From NCBI GenBank assembly GCA_965222225.1, contig CBDCTK010000002.1, positions 2,048,001 to 2,112,000 of the forward strand: DNA of 64,000 bases, written 5' to 3'. The notes below the pieces were generated by a model, which was given only the letters and a program-made list of their open reading frames with translations, ran no database searches and was not told the origin of the DNA. Positions 42,438 to 51,606 of the stretch are shown piece after piece. Every line of letters begins with the position of its first letter. Within the stretch, counting starts at the first letter, position 1. The DNA comes from Candidatus Poribacteria bacterium (lineage in GTDB: Bacteria; Poribacteria; WGA-4E; JAJDTR01). The position numbers were made by a program, and so were the translations under genes.

Positions 42438-43646
42438 ATGACTCAAGCTGGCGTACTTGGCAACGAACAAATATCCGACTATCGTGATAATGGGTTTCTT
42501 ATTGTTCGAGATGTCTTGCCCCCAAGCGAAACAAATACACTGCGCAGAATTGTCGATAATCAGGCAGAATGCAACGCCCACGCGCCGTCACTCGAATATC
42601 CGGCGCCCGGCAAGTACACCGTCAGCGGCAACGCGATGAGCGCTCATCCCGGATTGGCGCCGATTGCCGAACACCCCACAATTGTTAACTGTATTGAAAG
42701 CTTATTAGGCGATCAGGCCCACCTTGCCGCCTTCGTCGCCTACGTGCGCACGCCCGGAGACAAGGGATCCAATCCGCATAACGACTACAAACGTTGGCGG
42801 CCGGTTGGCTCATCAATGAATTGGCTGTTTGCGATTGTTCCTCTGACCGATTTCGACGCCGAACACGGGCCGCTCTTGGTTTCTCCCAAATCTCATGAGT
42901 TGCATCAGGTTATCGACCCCGATGCCAAAATACTGGATGTGACGCCTCCCGATAAGAGCAAGTTACCGGATTTTGTCGACCCTGAATTGAACGCCGGTGA
43001 TTTGCTGCTCCTGAACATGTATACCTGGCACTGGGCACCGGGCGGCACTGGGGACAAGTTCCGAAGCGGTATTTTCCACAAGTATTGTGCTGTCAATGCC
43101 CCGCCTGCCGCCGGTCATTACCGTTACAATCAGGCGGCGTATCGTTCCCTGAGTGATGCTGGCAAGCGCCTGTTAGCCTTACATTCCGATACGCCCTTGA
43201 CGACAACGCGCCTCCTTGTCGAGCGCGAATCGCCTCAGGAATCGGCTTTCTTTCTCCTCTATGACCACGAAACTCAGGCGTGGCAGTTACCGGGTGGTAA
43301 GAGTGAGGAGGAGGACCACATTGGTTGGGACGTTGGTTCCCGCATCGCGTCCATGCAGACACTCACCCAAGGACAACTCGGTGTTGATGTTCCGTGGATG
43401 TCCTACATCGCGGATCTTGAGGAACGGAACGGTTTATGCCGTGTCTACGGCTATCTGGATGAAAACGAATCCTTTGATGGGTTAACCAAAGGTAATAGTC
43501 GTTGTGGCTGGTTTACGAGTGAGGTCGTGCAAGATATGATCGGCGAGAATGACGATATTGGAAACGTTATTCGCACATGGCAACGCGAAGATGTTGTTCG
43601 AGGCAAAGGGGTAGCGTTCAGTCAAAGAGAACGCCAATTTGTGTGA
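42438..43646 (+). CDS. PhyH-family Fe(II)/2OG dioxygenase with a C-terminal Nudix-like extension
   Basis: YRDNGFLIV, HND (HxD), HGPLLVSPKSH, TWH; C-terminal WQLPGGKSEE. Confidence 0.7.
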   Translation: MTQAGVLGNEQISDYRDNGFLIVRDVLPPSETNTLRRIVDNQAECNAHAPSLEYPAPGKYTVSGNAMSAHPGLAPIAEHPTIVNCIESLLGDQAHLAAFVAYVRTPGDKGSNPHNDYKRWRPVGSSMNWLFAIVPLTDFDAEHGPLLVSPKSHELHQVIDPDAKILDVTPPDKSKLPDFVDPELNAGDLLLLNMYTWHWAPGGTGDKFRSGIFHKYCAVNAPPAAGHYRYNQAAYRSLSDAGKRLLALHSDTPLTTTRLLVERESPQESAFFLLYDHETQAWQLPGGKSEEEDHIGWDVGSRIASMQTLTQGQLGVDVPWMSYIADLEERNGLCRVYGYLDENESFDGLTKGNSRCGWFTSEVVQDMIGENDDIGNVIRTWQREDVVRGKGVAFSQRERQFV

Positions 43647-43691
43647 TTGAGGCGAGAACGTCCTGGATGGGGTTTAATGCCATGCAGGTAG

Positions 43692-44495
43692 TCAAAGATA
43701 ACGACGGAGATCCTCATGGCTCGTTGTTCCAATTCCACCTGCGCAATTTCTCCAACCCCCGTCAATGATGTATTCTTCTCCGGTCGTGTAGGTTGCCTCA
43801 GCCGCAATGTATAGTACCAAGTCGGCGATTTCCTCCGGCGTGGCTACGCGCCCCATTGCTTGCCGGGCTTCAAATCCTTTGCGTAACCCGGGCGTGGTTG
43901 CCCGTTCATTTCGCCAAGATTCCGTGTTTACGGTTCCCGGACAAACGCAATTAATCCGAAAACCAAGTTGGACATGATCGTGTGCTAGTGATTTGGTCAA
44001 AGCGATAACTGCACCTTTGGTTACCATATACAGGTATCGATTCGCGGTAGCAAGCACGCTTGATGCTACAGAAGCCGTGTTCACGATACATTTGTCCCCT
44101 TCCGGGTTTTTGGCGTCCATTCTTGGAATGAATGCTTTGCACATATTGTGAACAGACTTTGTGTTGATATTGATTGCCCTGTACCACTGTTCGTCATCAC
44201 ACTCGTGAATAGTCCCCTCGGGAACGTGCCCCACACAATTGAAAAGCACATCAATGGTCTTCTGTTCCTGATCCACACGAGTTGCGAATTCTCGCACAGC
44301 TAATGCATCGGTTACATCAAGGGTAACGGGGATTACTGAATCTCCGATTTCCGCTTTCAGTTGTTTGATTTTGCCTTCTTGTACGTCGCAGGCGTAGACG
44401 GTTGCTCCTTCTTGAGCAAATCGTCTTACGGCCGCGCGGCCAATGCCTTGTGCCGCAGCCGTGGCAATAGCTACTTTGTCTCTCAAACGGCCCAT
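43692..44495 (-). CDS. Short-chain dehydrogenase (BDH2 / 2-keto-3-deoxy-L-fuconate dehydrogenase-like)
   Basis: TAAAQGIG, NRYLYMVTKGA (YxxxK), NCVCPGTV. Confidence 0.85.
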   Translation of the reverse strand: MGRLRDKVAIATAAAQGIGRAAVRRFAQEGATVYACDVQEGKIKQLKAEIGDSVIPVTLDVTDALAVREFATRVDQEQKTIDVLFNCVGHVPEGTIHECDDEQWYRAININTKSVHNMCKAFIPRMDAKNPEGDKCIVNTASVASSVLATANRYLYMVTKGAVIALTKSLAHDHVQLGFRINCVCPGTVNTESWRNERATTPGLRKGFEARQAMGRVATPEEIADLVLYIAAEATYTTGEEYIIDGGWRNCAGGIGTTSHEDLRRYL

Positions 44496-44806
44496 ATTAA
44501 ACTCCGCGAATTGAGGGATAGTCTCAAGGTTCTGTGGTTTCCCGCGTCTGCTGAAAGGTCATGACAACATCGAAGCCGTCCAAGCTGCAAAATGGTGCCA
44601 AAAATATCCACCCTTATAACATTCTTGCATTGATTCTAGCGTCTCAAACAGAATATCATAGACCAAAGTGTCAATCAACAACTTTGTAGCACATAACAAA
44701 GCCAATACTGATAAATTAAGCGACGTTCAAGAATGAACTTACATTTCGGTCTAGGTCCAAACCGCTCCTGCTGGATTGACAAATCCAGCAAATCTTTATC
44801 TAACCT

Positions 44807-44952
44807 GTAGGTTAGGTTGAACGATCGACTAAGCCAATAGATCAAGGGAAGTGAATAACGACCGATCAACTGAACGGATAGTGAAGGCGATAGAAAGTCC
44901 TGATAGCCAATCCTGCGATAGATATCCCTAGGCGATAAAGCTCCCATAGAGA
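44807..44952 (+). repeat. Modular REP-like element (copy 3)
   Basis: GTAGGTTAGGTTGAACG followed by GATCAAGGGAA, GATCAACTGAACG, repeated GATAG modules and CCCATAGAGA. Confidence 0.6.
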
Positions 44953-45069
44953 AACAGCAGGGCCGTCAGCCTCCTTCGGAGGAATGACCTATTGAAGCTT
45001 GTTTAGAAGATCGGGCAATGGAGTGAATGCGGTTATAAAGATCTATTTAAATGATTCAGGGAGGAAGCC

Positions 45070-46008
45070 ATGTCCATCGCAATGACTGGACAACAGGAGA
45101 AAGACTTTGAGGAGAAGGGATTTTTCATTCTTGAGAACTTTCTGACCGAGGGTGAATTAGAGAAGTTGCTGTCGGCGGCAGACGACGTAGCTTCAAGGAT
45201 CCAAGAAACAAACGGCTTGAAACCCGATGAGCCATTCGCTGTCCGCAATGCACTTGCCCAGCACACGGCGTTTCTTGACCTGATTGACCATCCGAGAATG
45301 TTGCCGTTAGTTGTTGACGCGATCGGATGGAACATTCAGATACGGACCTCGCATCTGGACTACCGTCCGCCATACCCGCGCGACCTCAAGGCTGGAGAGG
45401 TGGGCAGGGGCAATGGCGAGGACCACCAAAAGGGCTACCGAAACGTTCTCTGGCATCCGGATTTGGCAGGTGACTATTTGTTCGAAGCGCCTTCGCTTGA
45501 TGGACGCCTTCCCTTCATGGAAGTCAAAGTCTTCTACGTGCTTTCGGACCAAAGCGAATCCAATTGCGGTAACCTGTGGCTGCTGCCGGGCAGCTACAAA
45601 CGCCTGCCGCAGGAACTGCGAGACACGGATCGGGAGGTGGATGCCAGCGAGGCGGTTGAACTCAAGCTGCCGCCGGGTGCAGCCGTACTTTGGCGCACTG
45701 CCACATGGCACTGTGTTGGCCCAAACCTGTCGAACAGGATACGCAAGATAATGCACGTTGGCTATCATTACCGGTGGCTCCGTCCCGCTGACTACATTCA
45801 GCAGGCCCCCGATCTAATTGCCAATAGCTCACCGATCCGCCGTCAGTTGCTAGGCGCATTGAACACCGGCAAGCACCCGCTGGGTGACGATCCTGATTTT
45901 CACCCATCGTCTCTATACTGGATCCCCAGAGATTGGGACGACGTGCCGTTGAAGGCGTGGGCAGAAGAACGCAGCGACGGCAAATGTGCGATGAATCCGC
46001 CACTCTGA
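45070..46008 (+). CDS. PhyH-family dioxygenase
   Basis: FEEKGFFIL, WHPD, GNLWLLPGS, TWHCVGPN. Confidence 0.88.
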   Translation: MSIAMTGQQEKDFEEKGFFILENFLTEGELEKLLSAADDVASRIQETNGLKPDEPFAVRNALAQHTAFLDLIDHPRMLPLVVDAIGWNIQIRTSHLDYRPPYPRDLKAGEVGRGNGEDHQKGYRNVLWHPDLAGDYLFEAPSLDGRLPFMEVKVFYVLSDQSESNCGNLWLLPGSYKRLPQELRDTDREVDASEAVELKLPPGAAVLWRTATWHCVGPNLSNRIRKIMHVGYHYRWLRPADYIQQAPDLIANSSPIRRQLLGALNTGKHPLGDDPDFHPSSLYWIPRDWDDVPLKAWAEERSDGKCAMNPPL

Positions 46009-46137
46009 TTGTGGTGAGCTCAAATCGCGCTAATTGGCGCACTCATAAAAAGACGTACGTCCAGCATTGGCGAAAACTTTGACCGAAAATCGGAACAGTC
46101 AATTTCCTCAACATAAAATACGCTAGGGAGGTATCTT

Positions 46138-47211
46138 ATGAGCGACACAATTCGCGTGCTTGTAGTGGGATGTGGGAACATGGGAGCATCGCACGCTCGG
46201 GCATATCATACACTGGATGGGTTTGAGATAGTCGGTGTGGTCAGCCGAGGACCGGAAACGCGCGGTAAGTTGTCCTCCGAGTTAGGGGAACTCGAACAAT
46301 TCGACAACTTCTATACGGCGCTGGATGCCACCAAGCCCGATGCGGTCTCAATCAGCACGCTTCCCGATACTCATGCGGAATTTGCGTTGAAATCATTAGA
46401 ATCGGGAGCGCATGTATTCGTCGAGAAACCTATCGCGCTAACCGTCGAACAAGCCGAATCGGTGAAACAGACGGCTCTGAGGCTAGGCAAAAAAGTGGTA
46501 GTGGGATATATTCTGAGGCAGCATCCCTCGTGGACGCTATTCATAGAGAAGGCACAGACACTAGGAAAACCGCTTGTCATGCGCATGAGCCTCAATCAGC
46601 AAAGTAAAGGGGAAGAGTGGGAGTGGCACAAGCGCTTGATGGACAGTTTCTCGCCTATCGTAGACTGTGGTGTACATTACGTTGATGTTATGTGCCAAAT
46701 GACCGGAGCGCAACCGGCGAAAGTACATGCCATCGGCGCTAGATTGTCGGACGAAGTCAAACCCGATATGTATAACTACGGCCAGCTTCAAGTCATATTC
46801 GACGATGGATCTGTCGGGTGGTACGAGGCGGCGTGGGGTCCCATGATTAGCGAGGAGGCATTTTTTGTCAAGGATGTTTCGGGACCCAAGGGCTGCGTCA
46901 GTATCGTCAAAGCAGCAGATGGGGATGACGCCGATTCGTCTGACATAGATTCACATACAAAAACAAACCGACTTCTCGTGCATCATGCCGCGCTTGATGA
47001 AAGCGGAAATCCACTCAGAGCCGACGAAATCATTGACACGACGGACGAACCCGATCACCAAGGGCTCTGTGATCGTGAGCAGGCTTTCTTCCTAAAGGCA
47101 ATCCGCGAAGACATGGACTTGACGGATCATTTGAGCGATGCCGTCAACAGCCTCCGCATCGTCCTCGCCGCGGACGAATCGGTGCGCACTGGCGAGGTTG
47201 TTGCGCTCTAG
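46138..47211 (+). CDS. Gfo/Idh/MocA family oxidoreductase
   Basis: VGCGNMG, HVFVEKP, DCGVHYVD. Confidence 0.9.
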   Translation: MSDTIRVLVVGCGNMGASHARAYHTLDGFEIVGVVSRGPETRGKLSSELGELEQFDNFYTALDATKPDAVSISTLPDTHAEFALKSLESGAHVFVEKPIALTVEQAESVKQTALRLGKKVVVGYILRQHPSWTLFIEKAQTLGKPLVMRMSLNQQSKGEEWEWHKRLMDSFSPIVDCGVHYVDVMCQMTGAQPAKVHAIGARLSDEVKPDMYNYGQLQVIFDDGSVGWYEAAWGPMISEEAFFVKDVSGPKGCVSIVKAADGDDADSSDIDSHTKTNRLLVHHAALDESGNPLRADEIIDTTDEPDHQGLCDREQAFFLKAIREDMDLTDHLSDAVNSLRIVLAADESVRTGEVVAL

Positions 47212-47415
47212 GCGACGATTAAACGATTCGCCTCACTGCCCCCCCTGGCTTATCGACGGCATCATGGGACGTAGTGGGACGAGATTCAATCGTGGTCGAT
47301 TGATAGGGACGGTATTTCGCCCCCGCTGTTGTTCCCCTCGTTGACAGTTTTTCTGGCGCATTGCATACTATAAGTTGATTGCGCCATCTTCTTTTCAATA
47401 AGACTGAGAATTAAG

Positions 47416-48240
47416 ATGGAATACATTGACGCACACGTTCACGTATGGACGGACGACTTAGATGCTTACCCGCTCGCCGAGTCCTATACGAAGATCGATA
47501 TGCAGCCCGAGACTTTCTACCCTGAAGACATTCTCAGACATGCTTTGCCATCTGGTGTCAACCGAGTTGTGCTTATCCAAATGAGTTACTATGGCTTTGA
47601 CAATTCGTACATGCTTGATGTGATGGAGAAGCAGCCTGACGTATTTTCGGGGATTGCCATTATTGATTGGAACGGTGCACACCCCGACGAGGACATGCGA
47701 CGGCTCGCGGGCAGGGGAGTTCGCGGATTCCGCGTGTACGTAAAAGACGAACATGCGCTGAATGGAAGAGGCGTCGAACAGATGTTCGCGGCAGGTGCTA
47801 AGTATAACCGCGCCATTTGTCCACTAATCGATCCGGTAGGGCTCCCGTCTCTGGATAGGCGCTGTTCGCAATTCCCCGACACACCTGTCATCATCGATCA
47901 TCTCGGTCGAATCGGCGCGGCACAACCGGTAAAAGACGCTCACATCAACAGCCTGTGCGCTATGGCTAAACATGCCAACGTGATGGTGAAAATTTCAGCC
48001 TTCTATGCGCTCGGTAGAAAGACGCCGCCGTATGTAGATCTCGTGCCCCTCATTCGCCGCGTTTACGACGCTTTTGGTCCCGAACGCTTGATGTGGGCGA
48101 GTGATTGCCCCTTTCAAGTGGTCGATCATACATACGAAGATAGTATCGGTTTAATCCGAGATCGTCTGGATTTTCTCTCCGCCGAGGATAAAGAGCTGAT
48201 TCTTCGGAAAACTGCCGAGGATTTCTTTTTTCTGACTTGA
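47416..48240 (+). CDS. Amidohydrolase_2 family protein (sugar lactonase-like)
   Basis: IDAHVHVW, IIDHLG, RLMWASDCP; TTGACA-17-CATACT promoter at 47341-47369. Confidence 0.85.
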   Translation: MEYIDAHVHVWTDDLDAYPLAESYTKIDMQPETFYPEDILRHALPSGVNRVVLIQMSYYGFDNSYMLDVMEKQPDVFSGIAIIDWNGAHPDEDMRRLAGRGVRGFRVYVKDEHALNGRGVEQMFAAGAKYNRAICPLIDPVGLPSLDRRCSQFPDTPVIIDHLGRIGAAQPVKDAHINSLCAMAKHANVMVKISAFYALGRKTPPYVDLVPLIRRVYDAFGPERLMWASDCPFQVVDHTYEDSIGLIRDRLDFLSAEDKELILRKTAEDFFFLT

Positions 48241-48374
48241 AACAGTAGGACCCGCGTATTAGCACCTTCAGAACTCAATAAATTGTCGATTCGTGCTTCG
48301 CGAATAGAACGTTCGGTGCGCGACGCATCAGGCAGCCGCTATAGATTCCACCTACCCCTTCCCCGATTTAACAG

Positions 48375-48403
48375 TTGACAGCATGGCTCGTTAAAGCTAT
48401 TAT
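48375..48403 (+). promoter_or_regulatory. sigma70-type promoter
   Basis: TTGACA-17 nt-TATTAT. Confidence 0.6.
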
Positions 48404-48482
48404 AACCATACCTTCGACACAACTGTCGGCGTGGTAGCATACCAAGTTATCAAGGTCTTCGGATCGCGAGCGAAAATGGCCT

Positions 48483-49214
48483 ATGAATATCCTTATCACT
48501 GGAGCCGCAAGTGAGTTGGCTCAGGCACTTGCCTCACACCTGAGTGAAAATCATCAAATTCGCTTGACCGACATTGTAGACATCAAGACCGATTTTGAGT
48601 TCGTTAGGAGCGATTTTGGTCACGATGACGCGACCAATGAGTTGGTCAGAGGAATGGATAGCATCATCCATCTCGCAGAACTTCCTCCCGATTATTCGGA
48701 TGATTCGCTGGATTCGGACAATTTGACGATAGACTTCCTTACCAGGTGCACCTATAATCTGTTGTGGGCGGCGGTAGAGGAGAAGGTTAAAAAGGTGGCG
48801 TATGCAAGCACGCTCAAACTGTTCGACAGGTACGATGACGACCTAACCGTCACCGAAGACTGGAGACCGCTCCCATCTACTGACCCGTATGTATTGGGAA
48901 AGCATTTGGGCGAGTTTACGTGCAAAGAATATGCGAGGACAGCACAGATCCAAATTACCTGCTTGAGATTCGGGAACGTTGTCCGAATCAACGACATCAA
49001 AGACAAACCCTACAACCCCGCTTGGATTGAGATTAGAGATCTCGTCCACGCGTTTGAATGTGCTTTGGGTGAAGAACCTCCCGACCTCAAGCGGGACTGG
49101 TCGGTTTTTCACATTGAGGCCGATGCGCCCGACACCGATTTCCCGCCAGCCAGAAAGGCTAGAGGTACGATAGGTTACGCCCCGAAGTACCAGTTTAGGA
49201 AATCACATCCATAA
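48483..49214 (+). CDS. NAD-dependent epimerase/dehydratase (uronate dehydrogenase-like)
   Basis: ILITGAA, IIHLA, YVLGK (YxxxK), CLRFG. Confidence 0.8.
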   Translation: MNILITGAASELAQALASHLSENHQIRLTDIVDIKTDFEFVRSDFGHDDATNELVRGMDSIIHLAELPPDYSDDSLDSDNLTIDFLTRCTYNLLWAAVEEKVKKVAYASTLKLFDRYDDDLTVTEDWRPLPSTDPYVLGKHLGEFTCKEYARTAQIQITCLRFGNVVRINDIKDKPYNPAWIEIRDLVHAFECALGEEPPDLKRDWSVFHIEADAPDTDFPPARKARGTIGYAPKYQFRKSHP

Positions 49215-49323
49215 TCCAGACGGGTACACCGATTTACAAGAAGCGGTACGAGATATTAGGGTTTCATTTATTAAGTTACAATACTAGGAGATAATCAACC
49301 AACTCGGAAGGAGAGTAGGTTTC

Positions 49324-50403
49324 ATGAAAGGTGCAGTGCTGTACGAAGTCAATACGCCGTTGAAAATCGAGGAATTTGAATTGCCCAAAACCGGTCCCAA
49401 CATGATACGCGTGGGATTGAGAGCGGCAGGTGTCTGCCACTCGGATTTTCATGTCGTTAAAGGTGATTGGCCCCAGCACACGACTCCACTCATCCTTGGA
49501 CATGAAGGCGCAGGAGTCGTCGAAGAGGTTGGATCGCAGGTGAGCGGTATCAATGAAGGCGATCACGTTATTCTTTCGTGGAAGCGCCAATGTGGTCACT
49601 GTGAAATGTGCCAGAAAGGGTTCCCCAACCTGTGTGATCTTCCGTCTTACGAATTCGGATTGCCCCGTACTAAGAGTGGCGAGACAATGAATAAATTTGT
49701 CGGAATGGGCACCTTCAGCACTTCTACGCTAGTTCCTATAGATGTTATCGTTCGAATTGATAAAGACTTTCCATTCGCGCAAGCGGCACTAATTGGTTGC
49801 GGTGTCATGACAGGAGTCGGAGCGGTCATCAATACCGCTAAAGTTGAGCCTGGAAGCAGTGTGGCAATTTTTGGGTGCGGCGGTGTGGGACTGAATTGTA
49901 TTCAAGGCGCTGTCTTGGCAAGCGCGGAGCCGATTATTGCCGTTGATGTCCGTGACAACAAGCTAGAAATGGCACGACAATTTGGCGCGACCCACACGGT
50001 CAATTCTTCACGAGAAGACCCCGTCGAACGTATACAGGAGATTAGTGGTGGACCGGGCGTGCATTACGCATTCGAGGCGATCGGATTAACGGGTGAACCG
50101 TTTCTCCAAAGTATCGAATGCACACGCAAGCGTGGAGTGACAGTTTTCGTCGGGCATGCACCTGAGAACACACCACTCGCAATGGACGCGCGTATGCTGA
50201 TGTACGAGAAGTCAATTATCGGTTGTTACTATGGATCGGCGAGGACTCATGTGGACTTCCATCGGTTGATTGGCTTATACAGGGCTGGAAAACTGAAACT
50301 GGACGAGCTGGTTTCGCGAACCTATCCGCTTGAAGGGGTAAATGACGCTTTTACGGCACTCGCCAAAGGAGAAGTTGCGCGAAGTGTCTTATCTATAGAA
50401 TAA
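49324..50403 (+). CDS. Zn-dependent alcohol dehydrogenase (class III-like)
   Basis: GVCHSD, GHEGAG, CGHCEMC..C, GCGGVG. Confidence 0.92.
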   Translation: MKGAVLYEVNTPLKIEEFELPKTGPNMIRVGLRAAGVCHSDFHVVKGDWPQHTTPLILGHEGAGVVEEVGSQVSGINEGDHVILSWKRQCGHCEMCQKGFPNLCDLPSYEFGLPRTKSGETMNKFVGMGTFSTSTLVPIDVIVRIDKDFPFAQAALIGCGVMTGVGAVINTAKVEPGSSVAIFGCGGVGLNCIQGAVLASAEPIIAVDVRDNKLEMARQFGATHTVNSSREDPVERIQEISGGPGVHYAFEAIGLTGEPFLQSIECTRKRGVTVFVGHAPENTPLAMDARMLMYEKSIIGCYYGSARTHVDFHRLIGLYRAGKLKLDELVSRTYPLEGVNDAFTALAKGEVARSVLSIE

Positions 50404-50541
50404 GAGAGTGAGTCGCTGCAGCTCCACCATTTGACATCGCGGGGCAACCTCATAATATTAGCGGGAAATTTGTCAATTCGGGATTTGTTAAGGCGTTGAT
50501 GTCGTATCCAAATTTCAATTCTTGTCTCTAGTGGAGAGTTC

Positions 50542-51177
50542 ATGACCGATTTTCTTTTTCAATCAGGTGACAAAGTCCTGTTTATCGGTGACAGTATTAC
50601 GGACTGCGGGCGACGCGACGAACACGCACCGCTCGGAAATGGCTATGTGAGCAGAGCGGCTGAGCTTATAACGGCAAAGTACCCTGAACGACGAATCGAA
50701 TATGTCAACAAAGGTATCGGCGGCGATGTGGTTGAAGGGCTAGAGCAGCGCTGGGACACGGACGTGATTGCCGAGAAACCGGATTGGCTTTCCGTAAAGA
50801 TCGGCATCAACAACACAAGCCGACAATTAACTGCCGGGCTGCGGACGGAAGAGTATTTGCCGGAGTGGGAGGCGTGCTACCGGCGCATTCTTTCCCGTGT
50901 GAAGGAGGAGCTTGACGCAGAACTGTTCATGTTTGAAATCTTCTACATCGCAACGGATGTTGCGGAACCTCGGCCAGTGCCTGTGGACGCTTATAACGAA
51001 GTCATCCACCGTCTAGGGGGCGAATTCAACGCACGATTGGTTAGGACAAGTGATGCATTCCATCAGGCTGTGAGAATGCGGCAAAGGGAACTGTGGACTA
51101 CTCAGGATGGCGTACACCCGAATCCGGCAGGCCATACAGTGATGGCATTGGAATTCCTAAAGCAGGCGGGATGGTAA
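50542..51177 (+). CDS. SGNH/GDSL hydrolase
   Basis: GDSITD, NKGIGG, IGINN, DGVHP. Confidence 0.9.
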   Translation: MTDFLFQSGDKVLFIGDSITDCGRRDEHAPLGNGYVSRAAELITAKYPERRIEYVNKGIGGDVVEGLEQRWDTDVIAEKPDWLSVKIGINNTSRQLTAGLRTEEYLPEWEACYRRILSRVKEELDAELFMFEIFYIATDVAEPRPVPVDAYNEVIHRLGGEFNARLVRTSDAFHQAVRMRQRELWTTQDGVHPNPAGHTVMALEFLKQAGW

Positions 51178-51244
51178 ACGCGCGTTCTTGTAAGCCCACC
51201 CTTTGTGCTTACCATTTCACCCCAGTTAACGACTGACGTAGTTC

Positions 51245-51480
51245 CTATTTATCGATCAACATTTTCCGTGTAGCGGCGAAATCACCGGCTGTCAACGTAC
51301 AAAAATAGATGCCACTTACCACCGACTCGCCATGTTTGTTGCGTCCATCCCAATACGCGGCACGGCTCCGGCTCTGATATATTCCTGCAGGTTGATGTCC
51401 GAACACCAACTCCCGAACCATCAGCCCATTAGTATCATAGATTTTCATCGTGACCTCTGCTGCCTCCGCCAACTGATACG
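51245..51480 (-). pseudogene. Orphan FlgD/T9SS-type-A-like C-terminal sorting domain fragment
   Basis: YQLAEAAEVTMKIYD...AAYWDGRN..GESVVSGIYF...ATRKMLI; lacks the NYPNPFN start. Confidence 0.75.
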
Positions 51481-51606
51481 TCGTTTACGCTTCTAAGCTG
51501 AACCAATTGGAATAACATTAGACAGAACTGTTTCTTGCGAAATGAAAATAAGATGCTCATTTTAACAATGCTTCCAAAAAAACTTATACACAGCCACCGT
51601 AGCAGT

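Noticed and set aside
44675-44947. 90-aa ORF, and ORFs 32489-32853
   Set aside because: They overlap the modular repeat element; the similarity between loci switches reading frame, so coding function is unlikely
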